Shown in pieces: positions 33,859 through 43,123 of a stretch of 52,751 bases of DNA. Both the position numbers and the translations under genes were made by a program. A model generated the notes under the pieces. It saw nothing but the letters and a program-made list of their open reading frames with translations. It did no database searches and was not told the DNA's origin. The stretch is from positions 1 to 52,751 of IMG/VR virus record IMGVR_UViG_3300032579_000020; one strand, given 5' to 3'. Each line of letters begins with the position of its first letter. Position 1 is the first letter of the stretch. The stretch is from a virus. Its lineage: Duplodnaviria > Caudoviricetes.

Positions 33859-34112
33859 GTTGCTTTGAATAAGTGAACGAATGCAACGCCAAGTCCAGAA
33901 AGAAGCGCCGCCACTAGTATTGAGCCAAGAATATACTTACAGGCGTTGACAAACGTCTCTACCTGTTTAAGCCTTACGGTGATCGCTGGCTCACCATTGC
34001 CAACCAGAAGAACCTTGTGCATTTCGTGGCACATTGCCTCGATGTTGTCTATCTGGTAAGCCTTGCTGCAATTACCGTGCTCGTCGTGTGACATGGTTTC
34101 TTTCGGGGCCAT
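33855..34112 (-). CDS. Holin-like membrane protein
   Basis: GNG.P....RL..VE motif followed by a C-terminal TM helix. Confidence 0.55.
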   Translation of the reverse strand: MAPKETMSHDEHGNCSKAYQIDNIEAMCHEMHKVLLVGNGEPAITVRLKQVETFVNACKYILGSILVAALLSGLGVAFVHLFKAT

Positions 34113-34192
34113 ACAGCACCACTATTTACTTGGTTGTCTGTTCTTGCTGCGCCAGCGAAGTAAGCAAGATGCGTGTGGTTTGATAGTTCATG

Positions 34193-34396
34193 TCACGGCC
34201 CCGCCGAGATGGAGAGCACGCTGGCGTTGCTCCAGAGCGCTCCCTTGATGTGGGGATCGGCATTGGTCAGGTTTTGCAGGATGTACTGCGCCGCGTTGAG
34301 CGCAATCGAGTTGGTCACCGCGTTCGTGCTCGCGCCGTTGGCCGAGAGCATCCAGCCGCGCGGGGAGTTCGTCGCCGACGCGCCAAACGGGATTGC
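34193..34396 (-). pseudogene. Orphan fibre-protein C-terminal fragment
   Basis: Frame AIPFGASATNSPRGWMLSANG...NLTNADPHIKGALWSNASVLSISAGP resembles the C-terminus of 47744..48091; no proper start upstream. Confidence 0.5.
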
Positions 34397-34498
34397 TCAT
34401 AATGCCCCCATGCGTTGCACCCAATGAAACATGAGCACCGCGCACACCGCGGCAAGGGCAACGGTCGCGAGATAGAACGCTGTATCCGCGCGGCTCAT
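34397..34498 (-). CDS. Small membrane peptide (33 aa)
   Basis: MSRADTAFYLATVALAAVCAVLMFHWVQRMGAL; ATGA coupling. Confidence 0.45.
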   Translation of the reverse strand: MSRADTAFYLATVALAAVCAVLMFHWVQRMGAL

Positions 34499-34881
34499 GG
34501 CGCGGGTTCCTGCGCGTCTTTGGCTTCCTCTGCCGCCTTGGCCTCGGCGTCAAGCTGCGCCTGCGTTCGGGTGTCGCCCGCGAATGCGTACAGGCCCGCG
34601 AGTGCCACGGCGGTCATGGCCTGCGTGCGCGTCATGCCCGCTCCCTGCGGCGTCGCCAAGAAGGCGTCAATCTGCGCATCGGGAATTGTCACCTGCTCAT
34701 AGCGTCGCACGATGCCGCCCGCGCTTTGGATCTTCAGCGGCGCAACGTTGCCATCCGCTGAAACTCCGAACACTTGGAATGTCCATTCGCCGCGTGTGGG
34801 GTTGTAGGTGATCTGGTCGTCGGGCACTTGCACAGCGACCACCGGCGGGGCGGGGATTGGTTGCGGGAGTTGGATTTGCAT
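34495..34881 (-). CDS. Hypothetical protein, possible fibre chaperone
   Basis: AAGGAG RBS directly after the fibre-like gene; high GC. Confidence 0.7.
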   Translation of the reverse strand: MQIQLPQPIPAPPVVAVQVPDDQITYNPTRGEWTFQVFGVSADGNVAPLKIQSAGGIVRRYEQVTIPDAQIDAFLATPQGAGMTRTQAMTAVALAGLYAFAGDTRTQAQLDAEAKAAEEAKDAQEPAP

Positions 34882-34890
34882 TTGTGCTCC

Positions 34891-36846
34891 TTATTTTGAG
34901 ACTTCCACGGTTGCGCAGCCGAGCAGGTTGCTAACTGGTCCTGCGTATCCAAGGTTGCGAAGGAAAACTTGCGCGTATCCGAATGTGAAGTTGTAATTGC
35001 CGGGCGTGGCAAAAGTTTTATTGGTTAGCGGGCGGCTGAAGCGATAATAATCGTACCCGCTGCCGGTGCCTGCATAATCGGATGACTGCAAAGGTATCAA
35101 GCACAGCCCGTCAGGGCCGCTTCCGCCTATATTTTCCCGATATACCTCAACGCAAAGATTGCTGATTGCAGCGCCCACAAGATTGCTGCGCGTAAAAGCG
35201 ATGTTGCCCGACACGTTGATAATATTTGTAGCGTATGCCGGAAGTGGCGTTAGTACGCTGTACGTAGCCGAGTTGACCGCATTAGACGCGAGAATAAATG
35301 TGCCGCCCGTGATGTAGCAAAACCCGGCGCACCATGTTTGAGCTTGCGTCACCGTCACACCGTTAAACGTGCCGCCGATATAGTTACCCGTCGCCGGATT
35401 AATGCTTGCAGTGACCACGCCAGCCCCGTTTGTCCACGCGCTCGTGGTTCCATTGGTTCCGCTTGACGCTCCGCCTGATATGGTTCCGAGGTTTACATTG
35501 CCGCCTGCGTTGACGTTACTTGTGGAGCCGTTAACCGTGACCGAGCGCACGAACTGGTTGCTACCGGCAAAGGCCGCGCTACCAAGATTGGTAGTTGCTG
35601 TATATGCCGTCATAGCATTCCAAAACGCCCCTGTGCTGATAAGCGCATTCGTTGCGCCCCATGTCGCGAACTCGTTGGTGTTGTGCGTGACGATGTTGCC
35701 GAAGGTTGCGATGGTGGTGCTGTTGGTCGTCGCCATGGCGAGCGCGTTGGAGGCCGTCAGGCCGATGTTAGCGATGTTGGCCGTGCTCACCTCGACGCCG
35801 TTGATCGTAAACGCCGGGTCGCCTTGGAGCGAACCGTCCGTCACAATGTTAAGCGCAGGTCCGATTGTGACATACCCGTGCGCGTAAATCCCCAGCCCCG
35901 GTGCCGGAAGATAGGGGATGTTGATGTATCCACCGTATAAATCATCACTGATCGAATCCGACGCTTTGATCGTGAAGTTGTGGACACCGTTGATGGTGTT
36001 GAGCTGCGCCACATTGTTCGAGTCCAGCAGCGCCGCCGTCCCCAGCGCCACGGTGCCCGTCAGCGCCGCCCCGCCGCCAAGCGTGATGCCCGACACGTAA
36101 CTGCCCGTGATGCTTCCGCCGCTGCTGTTGGTTAGGCTGGCTGCGAGCTGATATGCGTCGTCGGCCCTGCCCTGCGCCGTCGCCACCGCCGCTACGCTTG
36201 CAACCGCAACATCTCCTGTTGAACCGTTTACAGTCCTTACATAAGGTCCATTAATCCAGCCACCACCGCCAGAGACGCCAGCGTGATATACAAGCTGACT
36301 AAGGCTTGAGTAGTTAAGGTCAACCCACGCAAGACCGAACGTGGTATTGGTACTCTGATAAGTAGCACTCCACGGAGGATATAAGAACGTGTATTTAGAG
36401 CAATCTATTGGTGCCAAGGTGTTTGTGGGCCATGCGCTATTCTTGTATCCATCGCGGATAAACTGGATAGAACCATGAGATGCGGTCGTTACATTGGTAT
36501 TTGAGTTCTCGCAGAATCCAGCACCGTATAAGAAGTTGCCGTATATGTTGCAGTTTGTCGGGGCAAGCACAGCCTTGTAGGTGCCATTCGCTGCGTCAAT
36601 CACAGTACAAACTGCCTCAAAGTAGTTGCTTGAGTTCTGGTTCTGTTGAACGAAGAAGAATGGAGTACGGTTTGTAAGGGCCACTGAATCTGTATCGTTA
36701 GTAAGCCGAACAGTCCAGCCCTGAAGGTTTCCCTGATAGGCCGTCAACTGCGGGGCCGAAGGGCTGTTGAAGTCAACAGTTACAGGGCGTAGAATCTGTC
36801 CAAAGCACGATGCAGTAAGCAGAAGGAAAGCTAATAGTTTCTTCAC
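34891..36846 (-). CDS. Tail fibre / receptor-binding-like protein with N-terminal signal peptide
   Basis: 651 aa, rich in T/N/G/A; LGTAA and LGSAA fibre motifs, V.TVNG.TG.V; begins MKKLLAFLLLTASCFG. Confidence 0.65.
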   Translation of the reverse strand: MKKLLAFLLLTASCFGQILRPVTVDFNSPSAPQLTAYQGNLQGWTVRLTNDTDSVALTNRTPFFFVQQNQNSSNYFEAVCTVIDAANGTYKAVLAPTNCNIYGNFLYGAGFCENSNTNVTTASHGSIQFIRDGYKNSAWPTNTLAPIDCSKYTFLYPPWSATYQSTNTTFGLAWVDLNYSSLSQLVYHAGVSGGGGWINGPYVRTVNGSTGDVAVASVAAVATAQGRADDAYQLAASLTNSSGGSITGSYVSGITLGGGAALTGTVALGTAALLDSNNVAQLNTINGVHNFTIKASDSISDDLYGGYINIPYLPAPGLGIYAHGYVTIGPALNIVTDGSLQGDPAFTINGVEVSTANIANIGLTASNALAMATTNSTTIATFGNIVTHNTNEFATWGATNALISTGAFWNAMTAYTATTNLGSAAFAGSNQFVRSVTVNGSTSNVNAGGNVNLGTISGGASSGTNGTTSAWTNGAGVVTASINPATGNYIGGTFNGVTVTQAQTWCAGFCYITGGTFILASNAVNSATYSVLTPLPAYATNIINVSGNIAFTRSNLVGAAISNLCVEVYRENIGGSGPDGLCLIPLQSSDYAGTGSGYDYYRFSRPLTNKTFATPGNYNFTFGYAQVFLRNLGYAGPVSNLLGCATVEVSK

Positions 36847-36868
36847 TTGGTTCTCCGTAATGTTTGCT

Positions 36869-36897
36869 ATTATGCCAGATTAAGGCACTAGTGTCAA
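36869..36897 (-). promoter_or_regulatory. Sigma70-type promoter for the fibre and lysis genes
   Basis: TTGACA-17 nt-CATAAT with TGn. Confidence 0.7.
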
Positions 36898-39800
36898 GGT
36901 ATCAGGTGTGATGCGCCGGTAAGCTTGTTCATAGAACCAAGCGGGATGCCAAACGTTTCGCTGAACAGATCGGTTGAGCTGTTAGTGATGCGCGTTATAG
37001 CCTTCCTGCGAGCTTCATCATGGGCCATCCACTGCTTTCCTGTCTTCTGATTCTGGTTCTGTAGGTTGTTCTTTAGGCGTACCGTATCTGTAAGTATGCG
37101 AGCTAGGTTGCTGAACTGAGAACCAAAGGCCATGTCCTGACCTACGCGGTTCTGCGCGCCAGCCATGTATGAGGCATCGCCGGTCTCTAGAGCTGTAAAG
37201 AACCCTGAAATCATTCCAGAGAACATACGGCCAGCCGGTAGCACGTCTGCACTTGAGGCGGCCCAAGTCCACTTGAACCTAGCCACTGCGTCCTTTAGGT
37301 TCTTAGCTTCCTTCTTCTCGTCTTCGTGACCATAGTTCTGTGCCACCCAATTATAGTACTTCTCTTTTGAGAAGTCTGCGCCAGCTAGGATAGCGCCTGA
37401 AGCTACAGCTCCGAATGCTATGGTCTTCACGAAGTCAATCTGCGCGTTCACGTCTTTAGGATGTCTAGCAAGCGTCATTCCGGCGCGCTGCATCTGGTTA
37501 AACATAGCGAGAGGAACGTGTTGATAGCGAGTAGCAAGCCGTCCGGCAGTACCGCGAGATGCCAAATCAACCTTCCAGCCGCGCTCGCCTACAGGTTGCA
37601 GCTTGAACAGCGCCTCTGATGCGGCGTAGTTGACCGCAGCGATCTTATCGTCGCCTTTAAGTTCAGGGTGCATACGCTCAACGAACGAGGCTGCGGCCGT
37701 GATTGTCTGCTTAACCGTGTAGTTGTCAGACCAGCGAATAAGCGCAGTAGAAGCATTACGCATCTTGTTGAGTGCGCTTGTGTCGCCTAGGACGGCCCTA
37801 GCGCCCTGCTGCTCCATGTGCTCGAACAGTTCAGGCGTCTGCATCTGCGACTCTAGGCGGTACTTTAGGTACGCGCCACCTGAGCCATTAAGATAGGTAT
37901 TGATGTCTTGTTGAGGCAGAGAACGAAGCGACTTCATCCAGTCACGCACGGAGAACATAACCGCGATGTTAGGCGTGTTAGCAAACTGCTTGATAGCAAC
38001 GAATGGGTTAGAGAAGCGTGCCACATCTTGGAACCTGAACAAGTTGTTTACGAGCGGCAGGCCATTCTTGTCGTAGATGCCTTCTATGTTGGCTAGATGC
38101 CGCAAGAGTTGCTTTCGGTACTTATCGCCCATCTTTGTCTGTATTGCGTCAATCATTGACTTGTTGTTGATAATCCTGCGCCACTTCGATACCAACTGAG
38201 CATGACCCACGAAGTTTGACGACTCGTTAACCATGTTGTTGAACACAGAGAACGCGTTCTTGACCGTCATGGCGTTCGAGTTTCCGGTTCTTTCCTTGAG
38301 TGGATTCCAGTTGCCGAATCGGTTAAACATACCGTTATCAACCTCGCCGAACTGGTTCTTCATCTCTGGTGGGTGCGACACGAACCGACGCCAGTAGTTG
38401 TCAATGCGCTTGAAGTCTTTCCCGTAGTATTCCTTTGCGATAGGCTCGATTAGCTCGCCCATCTTCTTGGTTACTTCCAGCATCTTGCGTGCGATCATAT
38501 CACCGTGGCTACCTGCCGCGTACTGCACCTGCTTCTCGAAAGCTGCGAAGTTCTTCTCTTTCTCTTCCTTGGTGAATCCGAAGATAACCTTCTTGCCTTC
38601 TTCGGTGGCAAATCCGTTGTTCTTGATAAAGTCTCTATCTGTAGCATTACGCATCTGGATAGCAAGGTTCAGGCGCTCTGCTTCTTGAAGCGAGTGCTGC
38701 TGATGATTGATAACTAGGTCAACCTTTCCCTTGTCGCCGTTCATCTGCTTCCATAGGCTACGAATCTCAGGGAAGATAGCCTTGGCGATATTCTGCACGT
38801 TAGATGCGCGAACGCCTGCATGAACCAAGTCTGTGCTTAGTTCCTTGCCCATCTCTTCACTGAGTCTAGCGAACGCTGTAGAAGCGTTGCTGTACGCGTT
38901 CAGGATGACGTTCTTGAGCTTGTGAACGTTGCTATGCTCAAGCATGGAGCCAACCTTGTCGGCGGCTACCGCTGTCTTCATGGCGTGTACAGCCCAATCA
39001 GGCATGGCGCTGTTAGAACCGAAGATGCGGTCAATAAGTTGCATGCGCGTCTTTACGCCTTCTAGGCTGATAGGCAGTCCGTTCTTCATCATACCAAGAG
39101 CCATATCGCGTAGCTTGCCATAGGAATGACCGATGGGGTCTTCGATGGCTAGGCGGCGAGCTTCTAGGTTGCTGGCTGCTGGATGAGTAGGCGATGCGTC
39201 TAGGTGCGGATTCTCAATCTTCGCATTCTCTAGCTCCTTCATCTTGTCATAGCTGAAGTCCGAGCGTGTGGACGCAAGCTTTACCATTGCTTCCAAAGAA
39301 GCACCAGCAGCGGTCTGCGACTTTGCAATAGAGTCCATCAACTCTGTAAGAGCGTTAGACTGCGGCAGACCGATAAGCTTGGCGATATGCTCCACCATTG
39401 CCTTGAATGCGTTGGCAACATTACCAAGCATCGTTGTAGGCTCTTTGATACTAGATAGGTAATCGTAGGCTTCTTTGTGAGTAAGGGCGTACGAAACGAA
39501 CTCCCACATGGAGCCGCGAACCTGAGCAGCGCCTTGCTTGTTACCGTGTTCATTCTCTAGCTTCAACGCTAGGTCTTCACGGTGAGCGCGCCACAGCTTC
39601 TCAAGCTGCTTCCATCCTGACTGTTGTTCTGGCGTTAGGCTTTCAAGGTTATGAATGCCCTGTAAAATTGCCTTGTGAGTAGCAGCGTGGATTGCCTCGT
39701 GTAAAGGAATCTCAGCGCCATGCTTCTCTAGGTAGTGCAGGTTAATCTCGATGCTGTTTAGTTTGCTGCGATATAGACCAGCAGAGCGATATGGGTCGTT

Positions 39801-42800
39801 TGTGTAAACAACGTCAATCTTGTCGGTTCCGGGGAGCTTGCCGAGAAGTTCCGCAAGCCTATTCATCATGTATCCGTGCTTCTTGTCTTTAGAAGCTTGC
39901 GCCAGAACGTCACGCAGCGAGCCGTGCTTAACCTCTCCGCCGATTGGAACGTTGAGTTTTGTTCCATCAGGAGCAACTACGTCTCGTGGCTTGACTATAG
40001 CGCCAGCAAGCTTCTCTCCAGACACAAGCTTAGGATTCTCACGCGATTTACGCAGTTCTTCTTTAACGGCATCCTGTAATGCGTTGATCTTCTCAACTGC
40101 TTTATCGAGTGTAATCTTCTCGCCAGTATATGGGTCTTTAAGCTTGCCCAAAACCGAACCCTTCTTGTTCTCGTTTTCTTTAAACCTATACGAGTCGTTT
40201 ACAACCTTCTCCCAAGCATCAAGCTGCTGGCGAGCGGTTGCAAGTGTTCCGTCTGCATTCTTTGGCGCTTCAACCTTCTTGAACTCAGCGTCTATCACTG
40301 GTTCCGTTTTATTCGGAAGTTGTTTTGGCTCTTCCTTAGCTGGCAGCTCGGCTTTCTTGCTCTTCTCGTATTCAGCCAGACGCTCATCAACGTGCTTGTA
40401 GAACTCAGCAAGTGCAGCCTTGCGCTGCTCTGGCGTCATCTTCTCTTTAGGGCTTCCAAGCTTCTCGGCAAACTCAGCCAAGAACTCACGACGCATATTA
40501 GCTACATCCTTGCCAGTAGACTTAATTCCGAGACGCTTTGTTACCGCCTCAATCCTCTGATCTACAGGGTCAACGATTGCTTGGATGTGGTCAGGAAGCT
40601 CTGTATTTGGTGCGGCTGCGTTTGGCGCGTCTGGAGTCGTGGTCATCTCTACCGAGTGACTCTTTGGCTCAGTACGGCCAGCTCGCTCTATATCAGCAAC
40701 GGCTAGCGCCTGCACTGTTCCGGTTGGCTCTAACTTGCCAGTTGGACCCTCTTTAGCGCGGCGAACCTTGACATAATCTCCGCGCTCGTTAGTCTCGCCA
40801 GTCATTATCCAAGGCGTTGTCTCGCCCTTCTTACCACTGGCTAGGTGAATCTCTCTGTCTGGTTCAATGGCTACGTCGCGCTCAACACCTTCGCCATCAC
40901 GCATCTTAACGTGAGTGCGAGCAGGTTTAACCGGAGATACAGGCTTCTTTGGAACAGTAACAGCAGGACCGGCGGCAGTACCACTTTCTGGCGGCTTCTT
41001 ATCCTTCGCCGCCTTCTCCTTAGCAGCCTTCTCGTTGGCGCGCTCTTGAGCCTTCTTGGACTTATCGAAGTCACGAGCCTGCTTCTTCTGATCGCGCTCG
41101 AAAGCAACTAGTTCTGGATGCGGCTTTACACCTGCAACGATCTTGGCGTAGTCTTTAAGCTTCGCCTCGTTTACGGTATCTTCAACCGGAGGCAGGTAAA
41201 GCTCTGGATGCTGCTTGTTAATCTCAGCACGCTGCTTGTTGTACTCAGCCATTACATCAGCGTGGTACTTCATCTTCTCTGGAATAGTAGCGTCTTGAGG
41301 CAGTGGTTTCCACTTGCCCATAGACTTAGCATCTCGACGCTCTGTATCCTTAGCTGCGGCTTCTTCTACAAATTGTGCTAGGCGACCTTCAGAGTGCTTA
41401 ACACCATGCTTGTCAGCAATGTCATTAAGCTCTAGCTGAATAGCCCGCTTGTTGTCCTTCCAGTCCATACCGGCATCAGCAAGCTCGGAAACGCGTGCAT
41501 CCGAATGAGCCTTCATCTCTTTCCAAGCGTTTAGCGAGGAATTAGTAGCATGAAGCTCCGCCTGCTGTGCTGCCTCTTCTGGCGTAGTATTGAAGAACTC
41601 GAACAGTCCGGCCTTGGACTTCTCGATAATGTTGACATCCTGCTGTCCAGTGATGTCTCGGAACTCCTGATTAATCTCGTCGCGCTTCTCTTTAATCTCG
41701 GAAGCCGTCATGTCGTCAAGATCAACCGGAGAAATCATGTGCTTCTCTCGAAGCATATTAATGGCGTTCTCGCTCTTTGTGGCGAGTTCATTCTGAGACT
41801 TAGCAACCTCTGCCGACTCAGTAACCTGACGCTTGCTGGTAGCATCAGCTTCCTTGGCAAGCTTAGTCTGCGCCTCACGAACCTCGCCTACACCACGAGC
41901 AACCCCACCAACAATACCCATGCCAAGTGCCATAGGAATAGAGTCCTTGGCTACCTGCCACTCACGCTGCACCAAGTCCCACCCCTCAAGTACGGCATAC
42001 TTCGGGTCGTTAAGCTTCTCAGAAGTAGCACCAATAACACCACGCTCGATGTCTCGCATCTTCTGCGTGCGCGAAGCATCGTTCATCTGCCAGCGTGAAG
42101 CTAGGTCAGACGCAACCATTGCGCCTTCCATCTTGGCTGCACCAGCTACGGTCTCTTTGAACGCGTTCTTGATTCCGTTCTTAACGCCAGCGCCAGCAGC
42201 CTCCATAAAGGCTGGCTTTAGATACTGCTTAAGAGCCTTAGGCATACCAACAGAGAACACGGATGCGCCCAATAGACCAGCGGTGTCCGTAGCGTGGTCT
42301 AGGATGTCCATATCCACGCCAGGGTTCTGCTTAATCATCTCAGTCTTGAGTTCTCCAGAGATTTGACGACCCCATGTGGCGTAGTTGATTACACCAGAAC
42401 CAACTATGTTGGCTGCATTGGCAACGCCATGAGCGCCCTTCCAGCCAAGCCTAGCTGCGTCCAGCATACCCTTCAATGTTCTGGTGGAGCGCGCAGCTTC
42501 AATAGCCGCAAGCGTTTCGCCGCTAAACTCTGCTGTGCCGGTTAGGTGCAGAGCCGCCTGAATCGCAGCTTCCTTACCAACCTCCATAGCCATAGACTTC
42601 AGAATTGTAGGATTTGCAGTCCCAAGGAAGAACTGCTTCATCATACTGTCTGCCTTGATCGGGTCGCTCTCCTGCATACTAACGTGTTTATCTGTTAGTT
42701 CTGCAATATACTTATGAAGCTCGCGCCGTTGTTCAGGGTCTTTAACGTTGTCAGCGATAGAGTTCTGCGTAGATGCAAGTAGGTCTGTTCCTTTAGAACG

Positions 42801-43121
42801 GCCATACTGCTCCCACCAGTCGGCCAGCAGGCCACGGTCAGGATTGCCGTCTGCGGCTTGCTGCTCCTGCATATTGACTACAGCAGCTCTTGCGGCAGTA
42901 ATCTGCTCAAGCATTGACTCAGGTGTGGACTTAGGTGGTGCAGCAATAGGCGCAGGCGGTGCTTTAGGCGTCACTCTGAACTGATTGTATCCGCCTTCGT
43001 CAACGCCTAGACCCATATCCTGCAAGGCAGACATTGCCTGCTTAGACGAGGATTGAACTAAATCTGCCGTTGAATCGCTATCAGAACTACCAGTGTTTAG
43101 GAAGTCTGTATTAATAGGCAT
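36894..43121 (-). CDS. Large virion/ejection protein (2075 aa) with internal HExxH motif
   Basis: Very large helical, charged protein at the end of the tail module; AGLY.....I.I......IPLHEAIHAAT...EFVSYA zincin-like segment. Confidence 0.7.
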   Translation of the reverse strand: MPINTDFLNTGSSDSDSTADLVQSSSKQAMSALQDMGLGVDEGGYNQFRVTPKAPPAPIAAPPKSTPESMLEQITAARAAVVNMQEQQAADGNPDRGLLADWWEQYGRSKGTDLLASTQNSIADNVKDPEQRRELHKYIAELTDKHVSMQESDPIKADSMMKQFFLGTANPTILKSMAMEVGKEAAIQAALHLTGTAEFSGETLAAIEAARSTRTLKGMLDAARLGWKGAHGVANAANIVGSGVINYATWGRQISGELKTEMIKQNPGVDMDILDHATDTAGLLGASVFSVGMPKALKQYLKPAFMEAAGAGVKNGIKNAFKETVAGAAKMEGAMVASDLASRWQMNDASRTQKMRDIERGVIGATSEKLNDPKYAVLEGWDLVQREWQVAKDSIPMALGMGIVGGVARGVGEVREAQTKLAKEADATSKRQVTESAEVAKSQNELATKSENAINMLREKHMISPVDLDDMTASEIKEKRDEINQEFRDITGQQDVNIIEKSKAGLFEFFNTTPEEAAQQAELHATNSSLNAWKEMKAHSDARVSELADAGMDWKDNKRAIQLELNDIADKHGVKHSEGRLAQFVEEAAAKDTERRDAKSMGKWKPLPQDATIPEKMKYHADVMAEYNKQRAEINKQHPELYLPPVEDTVNEAKLKDYAKIVAGVKPHPELVAFERDQKKQARDFDKSKKAQERANEKAAKEKAAKDKKPPESGTAAGPAVTVPKKPVSPVKPARTHVKMRDGEGVERDVAIEPDREIHLASGKKGETTPWIMTGETNERGDYVKVRRAKEGPTGKLEPTGTVQALAVADIERAGRTEPKSHSVEMTTTPDAPNAAAPNTELPDHIQAIVDPVDQRIEAVTKRLGIKSTGKDVANMRREFLAEFAEKLGSPKEKMTPEQRKAALAEFYKHVDERLAEYEKSKKAELPAKEEPKQLPNKTEPVIDAEFKKVEAPKNADGTLATARQQLDAWEKVVNDSYRFKENENKKGSVLGKLKDPYTGEKITLDKAVEKINALQDAVKEELRKSRENPKLVSGEKLAGAIVKPRDVVAPDGTKLNVPIGGEVKHGSLRDVLAQASKDKKHGYMMNRLAELLGKLPGTDKIDVVYTNDPYRSAGLYRSKLNSIEINLHYLEKHGAEIPLHEAIHAATHKAILQGIHNLESLTPEQQSGWKQLEKLWRAHREDLALKLENEHGNKQGAAQVRGSMWEFVSYALTHKEAYDYLSSIKEPTTMLGNVANAFKAMVEHIAKLIGLPQSNALTELMDSIAKSQTAAGASLEAMVKLASTRSDFSYDKMKELENAKIENPHLDASPTHPAASNLEARRLAIEDPIGHSYGKLRDMALGMMKNGLPISLEGVKTRMQLIDRIFGSNSAMPDWAVHAMKTAVAADKVGSMLEHSNVHKLKNVILNAYSNASTAFARLSEEMGKELSTDLVHAGVRASNVQNIAKAIFPEIRSLWKQMNGDKGKVDLVINHQQHSLQEAERLNLAIQMRNATDRDFIKNNGFATEEGKKVIFGFTKEEKEKNFAAFEKQVQYAAGSHGDMIARKMLEVTKKMGELIEPIAKEYYGKDFKRIDNYWRRFVSHPPEMKNQFGEVDNGMFNRFGNWNPLKERTGNSNAMTVKNAFSVFNNMVNESSNFVGHAQLVSKWRRIINNKSMIDAIQTKMGDKYRKQLLRHLANIEGIYDKNGLPLVNNLFRFQDVARFSNPFVAIKQFANTPNIAVMFSVRDWMKSLRSLPQQDINTYLNGSGGAYLKYRLESQMQTPELFEHMEQQGARAVLGDTSALNKMRNASTALIRWSDNYTVKQTITAAASFVERMHPELKGDDKIAAVNYAASEALFKLQPVGERGWKVDLASRGTAGRLATRYQHVPLAMFNQMQRAGMTLARHPKDVNAQIDFVKTIAFGAVASGAILAGADFSKEKYYNWVAQNYGHEDEKKEAKNLKDAVARFKWTWAASSADVLPAGRMFSGMISGFFTALETGDASYMAGAQNRVGQDMAFGSQFSNLARILTDTVRLKNNLQNQNQKTGKQWMAHDEARRKAITRITNSSTDLFSETFGIPLGSMNKLTGASHLIP

Positions 43122-43123
43122 TG

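Noticed and set aside
34397-34399. Genome-wide stop-codon reassignment suggested by the in-frame TGA
   Set aside because: Core genes are intact in the standard code, TGA is used repeatedly in ATGA/GTGA couplings, and no suppressor tRNA was seen.
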